Source of the DNA: Bacteroidales bacterium
GTDB lineage: Bacteria; Bacteroidota; Bacteroidia; Bacteroidales; UBA12077
DNA length: 64,000 nt
Direction: 5' to 3'
NCBI GenBank assembly: GCA_050179935.1
Contig: JBFXEQ010000012.1
Location: forward strand, 13,828 to 77,827
The stretch's first letter is position 1. Each line of letters begins with the position of its first letter. The translations under genes and the position numbers were made by a program. Positions 1 through 10,603 of this stretch are shown here, in pieces. A model generated the notes under the pieces. That model ran no database searches, was not told the DNA's origin, and was given only the letters and a program-made list of their open reading frames with translations.

Positions 1-1
1 T

Positions 2-250
2 GCAATTCGTTTATATGCCGATGCTGCAAATGCAAAAACCAAACTTGAGAATGGTTTCGACCTAACTGATTATGACGAACGTACGTTGCATTTTGCCAAA
101 GATTATTCAGAAAAACTTTTAGCTATTGATGTTAATATTGAAGTTGATACCATGCTTTCAACAAGCTGGAACCTGTTTAATAAGCATTTTAAACCTGCTG
201 AAGTTGGTATTAAGCAAGAGTTTGTAGATAAATATTGGCCAAAAAATTAG
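2..250 (+). CDS. ntpB: V-type (A/V) ATP synthase subunit B, C-terminal fragment; the 5' end lies outside the window
   Basis: Open frame from the window edge to TAG at 248-250. The tail ...DERTLHFAKDY...DTMLSTSWNLFNKHFKPAEV resembles the C-terminus of V-type B subunits as I recall it from Enterococcus hirae NtpB. Position upstream of D-I-K fits the usual A-B-D-I-K order. Confidence 0.7.
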   Translation, partial: AIRLYADAANAKTKLENGFDLTDYDERTLHFAKDYSEKLLAIDVNIEVDTMLSTSWNLFNKHFKPAEVGIKQEFVDKYWPKN

Positions 251-269
251 TTAAACAGAAAATAGTTTA

Positions 270-296
270 GAGTTATAAGTTTTGTGTTTGGAGTTT
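270..296. repeat. Left arm of an imperfect inverted repeat flanking the four-helix-bundle ORF
   Basis: GAGTTATAAGTTTTGTGTTTGGAGTTT pairs with 709-735. The 10-bp perfect core is 279-288 with 717-726. By hand count, 19 Watson-Crick plus 3 G:U of 27 positions pair. Confidence 0.6.
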
Positions 297-303
297 ATAA
301 ATT

Positions 304-738
304 ATGGCTACCATAGAAAAATTTGAGGATTTAATAGGTTGGCAAAAGGCAAGGCAGTTTGCTCATGAAGTTTATGAGTTAACATGTTTGGAAAAATTCT
401 CGCGCGATTTTTCTTTAATTGATCAAATTAGAAGATCTAGTGGCTCTGTTATGGATAATATTGCTGAAGGATTTGAAAGAGGAGGGAACAAGGAATTTGT
501 TCAATTTCTATTTATTGCAAAAAGCTCATTAGCAGAAACAAGATCTCAGCTTTATCGCGCATATGACAGAAAATATATAATTATAGATCAATTAAACAAA
601 AAAATTGTTGAAGCAAATGAATTATCTAATATAATTGGAGGGCTAATAAATTATCTTTTGAAATCTGATGTTAAAGGTAGAAAATTTAATAATAAAACAG
701 AGAACTCAAAACTTGGAACACAAAACCCTGAACTTTAA
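304..738 (+). CDS. Four-helix-bundle protein (23S rRNA intervening-sequence protein / Avd-like family)
   Basis: 144-aa ORF. The N-terminal signature FEDLIGWQKARQFAHEVYELT...RRSSGSVMDNIAEGFERG...FLFIAKSSLAETRSQL is typical of this family. It is inserted between ntpB and ntpD. Confidence 0.8.
   Translation: MATIEKFEDLIGWQKARQFAHEVYELTCLEKFSRDFSLIDQIRRSSGSVMDNIAEGFERGGNKEFVQFLFIAKSSLAETRSQLYRAYDRKYIIIDQLNKKIVEANELSNIIGGLINYLLKSDVKGRKFNNKTENSKLGTQNPEL
709..735. repeat. Right arm of the inverted repeat flanking the four-helix-bundle ORF
   Basis: AAACTTGGAACACAAAACCCTGAACTT is complementary to 270-296. It lies inside the last codons of the ORF. Confidence 0.6.
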
Positions 739-744
739 TAAGAT

Positions 745-1344
745 ATGGCGATAAAATTTCAATATAATAAAACAGCATTACAACAGCTCAATAAGCAATT
801 AAAAATACGGTTGCGAGCCCTACCTACCCTGCAAAGTAAAGAAGCTGCTTTGCGTATGGAAGTTAAGAGAGCAAAAGATCAGTCGGAAGATTTACTTCGC
901 CGGTTGAATGCTAAAATGAACGAGTACGAAGCTATGGTTCAGTTATGGGGTGAGTTTGATACTAATTTAGTTGCAGTAAAGGATGTTCAGATGTCATCTA
1001 AAAAAATTGCCGGGGTCAAAATTCCAATATTTGATAATGTTTTATTTGAAATTAAAGAATTCAGCCTTTTTAATAAACCGAGTTGGTTTCTTAATGGAAT
1101 TCAAATAATTGAATCACTGGTTAAAATTTCTTTGGAAAGTGAGTTCTTTTTGCAGAAAATGCAATTACTCGATTATGCCCGAAGAAAAACTACTCAAAAA
1201 GTAAACTTGTACGAAAAGGTTCAAATTCCGGGATATGAAGAGGCAATTTCGAAGATTAAACGTTTCCTCGAAGACGAAGAAAATCTTTCAAAATCTTCTC
1301 AAAAAATTGTAAAAACAAGACAACAACAAAGGGAGGTAGCATAA
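745..1344 (+). CDS. ntpD: V-type ATP synthase subunit D
   Basis: 199-aa coiled-coil protein (LRALPTLQSKEAALRMEV... and C-terminal RRKTTQKVNLYEKVQIP) in the D position of the operon. Its stop overlaps the next start (TAATG). Confidence 0.8.
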   Translation: MAIKFQYNKTALQQLNKQLKIRLRALPTLQSKEAALRMEVKRAKDQSEDLLRRLNAKMNEYEAMVQLWGEFDTNLVAVKDVQMSSKKIAGVKIPIFDNVLFEIKEFSLFNKPSWFLNGIQIIESLVKISLESEFFLQKMQLLDYARRKTTQKVNLYEKVQIPGYEEAISKIKRFLEDEENLSKSSQKIVKTRQQQREVA

Positions 1345-3128
1345 TGATTTCTCCAATGATTAAATATTCATTCCTGATTTATCATAAAGAATATCTTCAA
1401 TTTCTTGAAGAGCTTCAGAATTTAGGAATGCTTCATATTATTCAAAAAACAAAGGAAGTAAACGAACAGATTAAACAATCTCTGAACGAGATTAGAGAAC
1501 TGAATAAAACCATTAAATTTCTTGAAAAAAGAAATGTAACCGAAAACCCTGTAGATTATACTGTTGATGGCTATGCTATTTTAGAAAAGATAAAAAGACA
1601 TATAGAAGAAATTACTCTGATTGAATTGGAACAAGAAGAGTTAAAAAAAGATATTAAAAAAACAACTCCATTCGGCGATTTTTCTAATGAAACAAAAGAA
1701 AAATTTGAAAAAGTAAATATTCAATTTAAATTTTATTCCTGTAACGAAAAGAAATTTAAAGAAGAATGGAAAAACAACTATTTTCTCGAAATAATAAATC
1801 AAGTAAAAGGGTCTCTGTACTTTGTTGTTCTTCAGAAAGATAATGAACAGATTGAAATTGATGCAGAAGAAATAAAACTACCCAAAGAAACATTAACAGT
1901 ACTAAAAGATAAATATACTGCAAATAATCAACGGGTAGAGGAATTAAATAAAGCGTTGGATGAAATATCAATTAATTACAAACAAGTATTATTAAAAACC
2001 AAAAAAGAAATTCAGGTAAAAACTGATTATAATCTGGCTATTAATCAAACCGAAAAACAAGCAGAAGAAAAAGTATTGTTGATCGAGGGATGGATTCCTG
2101 AGGAAAAGAAAGAAGAACTTGAATTATTCCTTCAGAACCAAACGGTGGTTTATGTATCTGCTAAACCAACGAGCGACGATAAAGTACCAATCTTATTAAA
2201 AAACGGAAAGTTTGCAAAGCTATTTGAACCAATAGGGAAACTCTTTGCATTACCTAACTATGTAGAACTTGATTTAACTGTTTTTTTTGCTCCTTTTTTC
2301 ATGTTGTTTTTTGGTTTATGTGTTGGCGATTCAGGTTATGGCCTTGTTTTGCTTGTAGGTACTTTATTGTACCGAAGAAATGCAAAGCCTGATTTAAAAC
2401 CAATACTCACATTGGCAGCATGGCTGGGAGGCGCAACTGTTATATTGGGCATGTTAACAGGTACTGTTTTTGGATTTAGTCTTGGTGAATTAGCTTTATT
2501 TAGTTCATACAAAAAATACTTCCTTCAACCCATTGTGATGTTTTATTTGGCCATTGCGATTGGTTTGGTTCAGATTCTTTTTGGAATGGGATTAAAAGCA
2601 GCAAATCAAATAAAACAAAGAGGTTTTAAATACGGACTATCAACAATAGGTTGGATAATACTTATTTTAACATTAGCACTTTTTGTGGGAGGAGAAAAAG
2701 CCGGATTAAATTTAACAGGACTATCAATAGTAAAAATAATATTATATGTATTAAGTTTTGGATTAATATTTTTATTTAATAATCCGGATAAAAACATATT
2801 TGCAAATCTGGGACTGGGTATTTATGAATCATACAATATGGTAACAGGAATATTTGGCGATATGCTTTCGTATATTCGTTTATTTGCTTTAGGAATTTCA
2901 AGTTCAATACTTGGTCTTGTATTTAATCAGATTTCAATTCCATTTTTATCAATTAAATATTGGGGCTGGATACCATTTATTTTATTGCTTTTAATAGGAC
3001 ATGGATTGAATATTTTTCTTTCATGTTTAAGCGGGATTGTTCACCCAATGCGTTTAACGTTTGTTGAATTTTATAAAAACGCCGGTTTTAATGGCGGAGG
3101 AAAAGAATATAAACCATTTTCAAAATAA
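1344..3128 (+). CDS. ntpI: V-type ATP synthase subunit I (a-type stator/ion channel subunit)
   Basis: 594 aa with a soluble coiled-coil N-terminal half and a polytopic C-terminal half. Contains the conserved ...YIRLFALGISS... arginine segment. Position is between D and K. Confidence 0.85.
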   Translation: MISPMIKYSFLIYHKEYLQFLEELQNLGMLHIIQKTKEVNEQIKQSLNEIRELNKTIKFLEKRNVTENPVDYTVDGYAILEKIKRHIEEITLIELEQEELKKDIKKTTPFGDFSNETKEKFEKVNIQFKFYSCNEKKFKEEWKNNYFLEIINQVKGSLYFVVLQKDNEQIEIDAEEIKLPKETLTVLKDKYTANNQRVEELNKALDEISINYKQVLLKTKKEIQVKTDYNLAINQTEKQAEEKVLLIEGWIPEEKKEELELFLQNQTVVYVSAKPTSDDKVPILLKNGKFAKLFEPIGKLFALPNYVELDLTVFFAPFFMLFFGLCVGDSGYGLVLLVGTLLYRRNAKPDLKPILTLAAWLGGATVILGMLTGTVFGFSLGELALFSSYKKYFLQPIVMFYLAIAIGLVQILFGMGLKAANQIKQRGFKYGLSTIGWIILILTLALFVGGEKAGLNLTGLSIVKIILYVLSFGLIFLFNNPDKNIFANLGLGIYESYNMVTGIFGDMLSYIRLFALGISSSILGLVFNQISIPFLSIKYWGWIPFILLLLIGHGLNIFLSCLSGIVHPMRLTFVEFYKNAGFNGGGKEYKPFSK

Positions 3129-3149
3129 ATATAATTTAAAGGAGAATAA

Positions 3150-3623
<474 letters not shown>

Positions 3624-3653
3624 AAAGAAACAACTAATGAGATTTTACGTATG

Positions 3654-3700
3654 ATATGGCAATGCTTTTAATTAAAAGCATTGTCATATTTTTATTTGTT
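3654..3700 (+). terminator. Intrinsic terminator after the ntp operon
   Basis: An 18-bp near-perfect palindrome, ATATGGCAATGCTTTTAA/TTAAAAGCATTGTCATAT (one G:U), followed by a T-rich run. Confidence 0.75.
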
Positions 3701-3728
3701 TTAAATATCATATTTTCTTATTAATAGT

Positions 3729-3736
3729 TAAATTTG
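3729..3736 (+). promoter_or_regulatory. Candidate Bacteroidota -7 box (TAnnTTTG) for the atp operon
   Basis: TAAATTTG lies 21 nt upstream of the atpB ATG. No clean -33 element was seen. Confidence 0.35.
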
Positions 3737-3756
3737 TATTTCCCAAAAGCGATATT

Positions 3757-4854
3757 ATGATAAGAAGCTGGCTGAAAATATTTCCTGTATTGCTTCTGCT
3801 ATTAGTTATTTGCAATAATACTATTGCTAGTGATAAGCATTTTCCGACAGATTCACTTGTAGATGAATCTGCTGAATCTAAAAAATTAGATGTTGGAGCT
3901 TTTATATTCGATCATATTCTCGATCAATATGGTTGGCATTTATTTACTTATCACCATAAACATATTTCGATTCCTTTACCAGTAATTTTATATAGCAATA
4001 ATCAGGGATGGGTTGTTTTTTTATCATCAAAACTCAGTCATGGCCACTCATTTAAAAATTTCAAAATTGATCTAACTGGTAATTATAAAGGGAAAATTAT
4101 TGAAGTTGATAAAAATGGTTCTTTTATTGAAAGACCATTTGATTTATCTGTAACAAAGAATGTTTTAGCAATTATTATTAGCTCAATTATACTAGCCGTA
4201 CTGTTTATGTCGGTTGCTAAAACCTATAAACGCAGAACCGATATGCCACCAAAAGGGCTTCAGTCACTGCTTGAACCAGTAATTTTGTTTGTTCGTGATG
4301 ATATTGCAAAATCATCCATAAATGAAAAAAATTACGAACGATTTACGCCTTTTCTTTTAACGATTTTCTTTTTTATCCTGTTAAATAATTTGATGGGATT
4401 AATCCCTATTTTTCCAGGAGGAGCAAATGTAACAGGTAATATTACGGTTACACTGGTTCTGGCGTTGTTCACCTTTACGATAACCACAATCACTGGGAAT
4501 AAAGTATATTGGAAACATATTTTTAATGCACCTGGTGTCCCTTGGTGGTTAAAAGCACCACTTCCTCTTATTCCATTTATTGAGCTCGCAGGCATGCTGA
4601 CAAAACCCTTTGTTTTAATGATTCGTCTTTTTGCAAATATTTCTGCAGGGCATATTATTGTTCTTGGATTTTTTAGTTTGATTTTTATTTTTGGAAATAT
4701 AAACACAATTGCAGGATTTGCTGTTTCACCAGTCTCTGTTTTGTTTACAATATTTATGTCAGTATTAGAGCTTTTAGTAGCATTTATTCAAGCATATGTA
4801 TTTACTTTTTTATCAGCTTTATATTTTGGTATGGCAACCGAAGAACATCATTAA
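3757..4854 (+). CDS. atpB: F0F1 ATP synthase subunit a, with the long N-terminal extension typical of Bacteroidota
   Basis: 365 aa. The C-terminal half carries the conserved LMIRLFANISAGHI arginine helix. It is the first gene of the atpBEFHAG order. Confidence 0.9.
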   Translation: MIRSWLKIFPVLLLLLVICNNTIASDKHFPTDSLVDESAESKKLDVGAFIFDHILDQYGWHLFTYHHKHISIPLPVILYSNNQGWVVFLSSKLSHGHSFKNFKIDLTGNYKGKIIEVDKNGSFIERPFDLSVTKNVLAIIISSIILAVLFMSVAKTYKRRTDMPPKGLQSLLEPVILFVRDDIAKSSINEKNYERFTPFLLTIFFFILLNNLMGLIPIFPGGANVTGNITVTLVLALFTFTITTITGNKVYWKHIFNAPGVPWWLKAPLPLIPFIELAGMLTKPFVLMIRLFANISAGHIIVLGFFSLIFIFGNINTIAGFAVSPVSVLFTIFMSVLELLVAFIQAYVFTFLSALYFGMATEEHH

Positions 4855-4884
4855 TTATTTTCAATTCACTTTAATATTTACATT

Positions 4885-5142
4885 ATGAGTACATTAGGTT
4901 TTATTTTATTAGTAATTGAAGGAGCAAGCTTAGCAAAAATGGGTGCAGGTTTTGCAGCAGCGATTGCAGCTTTGGCAGCAGGAATGGGTATTGGCAAAAT
5001 AGGTAGCTCTGCTATGGAATCTATTGCCAGACAGCCCGAGGCTGCCGGCGACATTCGCTCTAATATGATTGTGGCTGCTGCTCTTATCGAAGGAGTTGCA
5101 TTTTTTGCAATTGTAGTTTGTTTCCTTATTCTTTTTGTTTAA
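4885..5142 (+). CDS. atpE: F0F1 ATP synthase subunit c
   Basis: 85-aa hairpin proteolipid with an ARQPE loop and an ion-binding Glu in AALIEGVAFF. Confidence 0.9.
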   Translation: MSTLGFILLVIEGASLAKMGAGFAAAIAALAAGMGIGKIGSSAMESIARQPEAAGDIRSNMIVAAALIEGVAFFAIVVCFLILFV

Positions 5143-5205
5143 GGATAAACTTTACGGCTTTGCGGTTGGCGAGCTGTAAAGTTTTTAAAATTTAATTTCA
5201 GCACT

Positions 5206-5700
5206 ATGGAACTTATAAAACCTGACATTGGGCTATTAATATGGATGATAGTATCTTTTGGTACTGTTACCTTTTTGTTGGTTAAATATGCTTGGAAACC
5301 AATACTTAAAGCATTAAGGGAGCGTGAAAGTACTATAGAGAAGAGATTGCTGGCTGCTAAAAAAGCTAAAGACGAACTGGCAAAAATTGAATTTGGTAAT
5401 GAAAAAATTACTGCTTTAGCAAAAATTGAACGAGAAAATATTTTAAAGGAGGCTAAAGAAATAAAAAATAATATTATCGAGGAAGCCAAAAACGAAGCCA
5501 AACTTGAAGCCCGTAAAATTATCGAGGAAGCTCGTAAAAGTATTGAAAAAGAAAAGGTTGAGGCTATTAATGAAATAAAAAATCAAATAGCAGAGCTATC
5601 TGTAATAATCGCTCAAAAAATTCTTAAAAGTGAACTTGAGAATAAAGAAAAACAAAAACAACTCATTAACAAACTAATTGACGATATAGACTTAAATTGA
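5206..5700 (+). CDS. atpF: F0F1 ATP synthase subunit b
   Basis: 164 aa with a single N-terminal TM followed by a long K/E-rich helix. Operon position fits. Confidence 0.85.
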   Translation: MELIKPDIGLLIWMIVSFGTVTFLLVKYAWKPILKALRERESTIEKRLLAAKKAKDELAKIEFGNEKITALAKIERENILKEAKEIKNNIIEEAKNEAKLEARKIIEEARKSIEKEKVEAINEIKNQIAELSVIIAQKILKSELENKEKQKQLINKLIDDIDLN

Positions 5701-5715
5701 TCTGAAAAGCAGGGT

Positions 5716-6288
5716 ATGAATCAAAGCCAGATAGCCATTCGTTATGCCAAAGCGTTATTTTTTCTTGCTCAGGAGAAAAATAAGGTCGATATTATTTTTA
5801 AGGATGTTTTACTTTTAAATGATACTTTAATTAATTCCTCAGATCTAATTAAACTACTGGAGCATCCTGTAGTTAAACCTTCTCAAAAAATTCAAGCCTT
5901 AATTAACTTGTTTAAAGATGAGGTTGATCAAATTACACTTTCTTTTCTGCAATTAATTATTCAACATAAACGCGAAATTTATCTAAGGAGGATAGTTAGA
6001 AATTTTATTGATTTATATAAAAAGAATCAGCATATACAGTCAGTTTTATTGACATCTGCCTATAATCTGGAAAATGAAGAAAAAGACAAAATATCTGAGA
6101 CAATTGAAAGTAAGTTGAAATCAAAAATAGAGCTAAATATAAAGATTGATCCGGCAATTATCGGAGGAATTATATTACAGATCAACGACAAGGAACTCGA
6201 TATGAGTGTTTCACGGCAATTAAGCCGTGTTAAGAGCAACTTATTTGAATACGATTTAAGTACAAAGAAAAAAACTAAAATTAGTTAA
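5716..6288 (+). CDS. atpH: F0F1 ATP synthase subunit delta
   Basis: 190 aa. An OSCP-like start ([10 protein letters not shown]) and position between b and alpha. Confidence 0.8.
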   Translation: MNQSQIAIRYAKALFFLAQEKNKVDIIFKDVLLLNDTLINSSDLIKLLEHPVVKPSQKIQALINLFKDEVDQITLSFLQLIIQHKREIYLRRIVRNFIDLYKKNQHIQSVLLTSAYNLENEEKDKISETIESKLKSKIELNIKIDPAIIGGIILQINDKELDMSVSRQLSRVKSNLFEYDLSTKKKTKIS

Positions 6289-6290
6289 TT

Positions 6291-7871
6291 ATGGCAGGAA
6301 TTAAGCCAGGTGAAGTTTCGAAAATATTAAAACTTCAACTCGAAGGATTTACCTCGAATGCAGAACTTGAAGAGATAGGAAGTGTTCTGCAAGTGGGTGA
6401 TGGTATTGCCCGTATTTATGGATTATCTTCTGTTCAATCAAATGAATTAATAGAGTTTGAGAATGGAGTAAGAGGAATAGTTCTTAACCTTGAAGAAGAT
6501 AATGTAGGAGCAGTAATTTTAGGATCATCGCAACAGATTAAGGAAGGTGATAAAGTAAGAAGAACGCGTAGAATAGCTTCTATTAAAGTTGGAGAAAGTT
6601 TGTTGGGTAGAGTAATTAATACTCTTGGCGAACCAATTGATGGAAAAGGATCTATAAATGGAGACTTATACGAGATGCCGCTCGAGAGAAAAGCTCCGGG
6701 AGTTATATTCAGACAACCAGTGAACCAGCCAATCCAAACCGGCATTAAACCTATAGATGCAATGATTCCTATTGGCAGAGGTCAGAGAGAGCTTATTATT
6801 GGCGATCGACAAACTGGGAAAACAGCTATTGCAATTGATACAATAATTAATCAACGCGAATTTTACGATAAAGGAGAACCTGTGTATTGCATCTATGTTG
6901 CAATTGGGCAGAAAGGTTCCACTGTGGCCAATATTGCTCAAATCCTCGAAAAACATGGAGCAATGGATTATACAGTAATTGTTTGTGCTACTGCATCCGA
7001 ATCAGCTGCACTGCAGTTTTATGCTCCGTTTGCAGGAACATGTATTGGTGAGTATTTTAGAGATACTGGTCGCGACGCTCTCATTATTTTTGATGATCTT
7101 TCTAAACAGGCTGTGGCATATCGCGAAGTATCTTTATTGCTCAGAAGACCACCAGGCAGAGAAGCATATCCGGGAGATATATTTTATTTACACTCCAGAC
7201 TGTTAGAAAGAGCTGCCCGTATAATTCAGTCTGATGAAATAGCTGCTAAAATGAACGACTTACCCGATTCCCTTGTAAAAAGAGTTAAGGGTGGTGGATC
7301 TTTAACCGCTTTACCAATTATCGAAACCCAGGCCGGTGATGTTTCTGCATATATTCCGACAAATGTTATTTCAATTACTGATGGCCAGATATTTCTTGAA
7401 TCTGATTTATTTAATTCGGGTATTCGTCCTGCTATAAATGTTGGTATTTCTGTATCACGTGTTGGGGGAAATGCGCAAATTAAATCAATGAAAAAAGTTG
7501 CAGGTACACTAAAACTTGATCAGGCACAGTATCGTGAACTTGAAGCGTTTTCGAAATTTGGTTCTGATCTGGATGACGCCACTATGGCTATTCTCGATAA
7601 AGGATCAAAGAATGTTGAAATTTTGAAACAAGGACAGTATTCACCTATGTCAGTCGAAAAGCAGATAGCTATAATTTACTGTGGAACCAAGGGATTATTA
7701 AAAGAGGTCCCTTTACCTAAAATCAAAGCGTTCGAATCAGAGTTTTTAGAACTCCTCGAACTAGAACATCAAAGCGTTTTAAATCAATTAAAAGAAGGAA
7801 TTATTAACGAAAGTATAACAGCCACAATTGAAAGTGTTGCGAGCATGTTAGTTACAAGATTTAAGATATAA
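6291..7871 (+). CDS. atpA: F0F1 ATP synthase subunit alpha
   Basis: 526 aa with Walker A GDRQTGKT and highly conserved alpha-subunit blocks ([27 protein letters not shown]). Confidence 0.97.
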   Translation: MAGIKPGEVSKILKLQLEGFTSNAELEEIGSVLQVGDGIARIYGLSSVQSNELIEFENGVRGIVLNLEEDNVGAVILGSSQQIKEGDKVRRTRRIASIKVGESLLGRVINTLGEPIDGKGSINGDLYEMPLERKAPGVIFRQPVNQPIQTGIKPIDAMIPIGRGQRELIIGDRQTGKTAIAIDTIINQREFYDKGEPVYCIYVAIGQKGSTVANIAQILEKHGAMDYTVIVCATASESAALQFYAPFAGTCIGEYFRDTGRDALIIFDDLSKQAVAYREVSLLLRRPPGREAYPGDIFYLHSRLLERAARIIQSDEIAAKMNDLPDSLVKRVKGGGSLTALPIIETQAGDVSAYIPTNVISITDGQIFLESDLFNSGIRPAINVGISVSRVGGNAQIKSMKKVAGTLKLDQAQYRELEAFSKFGSDLDDATMAILDKGSKNVEILKQGQYSPMSVEKQIAIIYCGTKGLLKEVPLPKIKAFESEFLELLELEHQSVLNQLKEGIINESITATIESVASMLVTRFKI

Positions 7872-7882
7872 TTGCTATCAGA

Positions 7883-8761
7883 ATGGGGAATTTAAAGGAA
7901 ATACGTTCACGAATAATATCGGTAAAATCTACCCGGCAAATTACCAGTGCCATGAAGATGGTTTCTGCTGCAAAGTTAAAGAAAGCACAGGATGCTGTGA
8001 TAAATCTTCGTCCGTATTCCGAAAAGTTGCATTTTATTCTTAAGGATATTTCTCAGTCAATTGAAGGATCGATTGAAAATATTTATAACAGAGATGAAAT
8101 ACCTGAAAAAATAGTAATTATAGCGATAACCTCAAATAAGGGTTTGTGCGGTGCATTTAATGCAAATGTAATTAAACAGGTTAATCAGTTACTCAATAAT
8201 GATTATGCAGGTGAATTTGCTCAAGGGAACGTGAAAATTATTTCGTTGGGTAAAAAGGGATCAGAGTACTTTCAGTCGAAAAAATACCCCGTTTTGCAAA
8301 CAAATAATCAACTATTAGATCAATTAAGCTATGGAAATGCACTTTCGCTAATCGAACAAATTTTAAACCTCTATTTATCGAAAAAAGCGGATAAGATAAT
8401 TTTGGTTTATAATCGATTTAAAAATGCAGGTGTACAAATCTTAACGACAAATACTTTTTTACCTATTGAGATTAAGAAAGATGAGTTTTCGGAAAGTCAT
8501 TTTGATTACATTTTTGAGCCTACAAAAGAGTATATTGTGCAGGAGCTTATACCTAAGTCGTTAAAGTTAAAACTGTACGAGGCCATGCTCGAATCTTTGG
8601 CTGCTGAGCACGGGGCTAGAATGACTGCCATGCATAAAGCTACCGATAATGCTTCTGAGATGATTAAAGATCTTCAGTTAAACTATAATAAAGCCCGACA
8701 AGCTTCAATCACTGGCGAAATACTCGAAATTGTAGGTGGAGCCGAAGCGTTAAAAAAATAA
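7883..8761 (+). CDS. atpG: F0F1 ATP synthase subunit gamma
   Basis: 292 aa. N-terminal IRSRIISVKSTRQITSAMKMVSAAKL and C-terminal ITGEILEIVGGAEAL are classic gamma termini. Confidence 0.93.
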   Translation: MGNLKEIRSRIISVKSTRQITSAMKMVSAAKLKKAQDAVINLRPYSEKLHFILKDISQSIEGSIENIYNRDEIPEKIVIIAITSNKGLCGAFNANVIKQVNQLLNNDYAGEFAQGNVKIISLGKKGSEYFQSKKYPVLQTNNQLLDQLSYGNALSLIEQILNLYLSKKADKIILVYNRFKNAGVQILTTNTFLPIEIKKDEFSESHFDYIFEPTKEYIVQELIPKSLKLKLYEAMLESLAAEHGARMTAMHKATDNASEMIKDLQLNYNKARQASITGEILEIVGGAEALKK

Positions 8762-8821
8762 AATTCCATAATAATAGTTGTCTTTAAAAGTATTATTTTC
8801 ACAAATAATACAATATATTTT

Positions 8822-9466
8822 ATGAGTCATCATATTCAAAAATTGATACGACTTGGTGAAAATCAACAATTGGATTTTAAACATTCTATAAGCGACTCAA
8901 AAAAAATTGCCCGATCGTTGGTTGCTTTTGCTAATACAGATGGTGGTACGTTGTTAGTAGGAGTGAAAGACAATGGTGCAATAGCCGGAGTTCACGACGA
9001 TGAAGAGTTTTATATGGTTCAGGCTGCAGCTCAGTTATATTGTAAACCCCAAATGAGTTTTGATTCGAAGATTTGGGAAATTAATGAAAAATCAGTACTT
9101 GAAATTACGATCGCTAAAAGTAACGATATTGTTTATTCAGCACCCAATAAAGAAGGAAAATGGATGGTATATGTGCGTGTTAATGATCAGAATTTTATTG
9201 CTAATAGTGTTCTTCTTAAGGTTTGGGAAAAGCGGAAAGCATTAAAAGGTGTTTTAGTGAGATATACTGATATAGAGAAGCTTTTATTTAATTATCTCCT
9301 AGAAAACGAAAAGATTACGTTTTCGAAGTTTAAAAAGCTTGCAAATATTTCAAAATATAAAGCTGAAAGAATACTGGTTAATTTAATTGTTCTTAATTTG
9401 CTTGAAATCAAATTTACCGAAAACCAGATATACTATAAGTTACCTCTTACGGATAAGTTGGTTTAA
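8822..9466 (+). CDS. AlbA_2 (Schlafen-like, putative DNA-binding) domain protein, short form
   Basis: 214 aa. ENQQLDFKHSI...IARSLVAFANTDGGTLLVGVKDNGAIAGV is the AlbA_2/AAA_4 signature. The C-terminal part looks like a winged helix. Confidence 0.65.
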   Translation: MSHHIQKLIRLGENQQLDFKHSISDSKKIARSLVAFANTDGGTLLVGVKDNGAIAGVHDDEEFYMVQAAAQLYCKPQMSFDSKIWEINEKSVLEITIAKSNDIVYSAPNKEGKWMVYVRVNDQNFIANSVLLKVWEKRKALKGVLVRYTDIEKLLFNYLLENEKITFSKFKKLANISKYKAERILVNLIVLNLLEIKFTENQIYYKLPLTDKLV

Positions 9467-9569
9467 TTTTTGTTACGATCTAAAAAAAAATTGTAAATGT
9501 TTTGTATTACTAATCATTTTTATATTTTTAAACCCACTATTAAAAAGTAACTAATAAAAACGCACAATT

Positions 9570-10550
9570 ATGAAATTGAAATTATTTTTTAAAACATTTA
9601 TTATTTTAGTGTTTTTAGTTGGAAGTGCAACATTTATAAAAGCCCAAGAGGTTAATGATGCATTAATGGCATTTAACAAAGGAATTGAATTATCACAAGC
9701 CGATAATTTTGATGAAGCAATAGCATCATTTAAAAGTGCAATCGAAATATTTAATCAGGTTGAACCAGCAAACGAAAACAAACCAAAAGCCGAAGAACAA
9801 GTATTGGTCGTATTGTACAAAAAAGCAAGTACTCAGCTCAAAGCAAAAAAGTACGATGATTGTCTATTATCATTTCAATCGTTGGTTGATCATTCGACCA
9901 CCTATAATAACGAGAAATATCTTAAAAGAGCAAATAGTACTATTCCAAAAGTATATTATGCTAAAGGGAAAGAACAATTTGACTTAAAGAAATATGATGA
10001 AGCATTGGTGCTTTTAAACAAATCAATTGAGCTTGATCCAAACTATGCTACAGCCTATATTCGTAAAGCCCAGGTTTATGATGAGACAAATAAAAGCCCC
10101 GAATTTAAAGAAACCATTGATAAAGCATTGGAAGTTTCAATTCAAAACAATGACACTAAATCAGAAGACATTGTTAAGCAATTGGCTGGCAATTTCTTTC
10201 TTAGAAATGGTGCCGAAGCTGTAAAAGCTAAGAAATATGATAATGCAATAAGTTATTTTAATGAATTATTAAATTACAAAGAAGGTGATTCTGAGATTTA
10301 TTATCAATTAGCTGCTGCTTATAACAAAGTATCAAAATGGGATGAGGCAATTGCTGCTGCAAACAAATCGATAGAGTTATTTACAGATCAGGATGCAAAT
10401 AAAAATGCAAGAATTTATTTTGAGTTAGGTAATTCTTATGTAGGAAAAACGGATAACGCTGCTGCATGCGATGCTTATAAAAAAGCAAACAAAGGAGATT
10501 ATGCGGCTCAGGCTAAATATCAAATCGAAACAGTTTTAAAATGTCAATAA
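9570..10550 (+). CDS. Secreted tetratricopeptide-repeat (TPR) protein
   Basis: 326 aa with a signal peptide (…ATFIKAQE) and repeated A-x-x-Y/F-x-x-A...P-N-x-A TPR-like units. Confidence 0.7.
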   Translation: MKLKLFFKTFIILVFLVGSATFIKAQEVNDALMAFNKGIELSQADNFDEAIASFKSAIEIFNQVEPANENKPKAEEQVLVVLYKKASTQLKAKKYDDCLLSFQSLVDHSTTYNNEKYLKRANSTIPKVYYAKGKEQFDLKKYDEALVLLNKSIELDPNYATAYIRKAQVYDETNKSPEFKETIDKALEVSIQNNDTKSEDIVKQLAGNFFLRNGAEAVKAKKYDNAISYFNELLNYKEGDSEIYYQLAAAYNKVSKWDEAIAAANKSIELFTDQDANKNARIYFELGNSYVGKTDNAAACDAYKKANKGDYAAQAKYQIETVLKCQ

Positions 10551-10570
10551 ATAACTTGGTAATTGAAATA

Positions 10571-10603
10571 AAAAAAGAGGCTTTCAAAAAGCCTCTTTTT
10601 TTG
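10571..10603. terminator. Bidirectional intrinsic terminator between convergent genes
   Basis: AAAAAAGAGGCTTTCAAAAAGCCTCTTTTTTT: a 7-bp or longer stem flanked by an A-run and a T-run. Confidence 0.75.

Noticed and set aside
5139-5501. A 120-aa ORF antisense to atpF.
   Set aside because: It mirrors the K/E/A-rich low-complexity helix of subunit b, giving an F/L/S-rich antisense translation. It has no independent start context and sits fully inside a confidently called gene.
8822-9466. The AlbA_2/Schlafen-like protein, considered as an anti-phage defence gene.
   Set aside because: It is a single short gene between housekeeping operons, with no nuclease, ATPase or partner genes. Nothing in the sequence supports a defence-system call.
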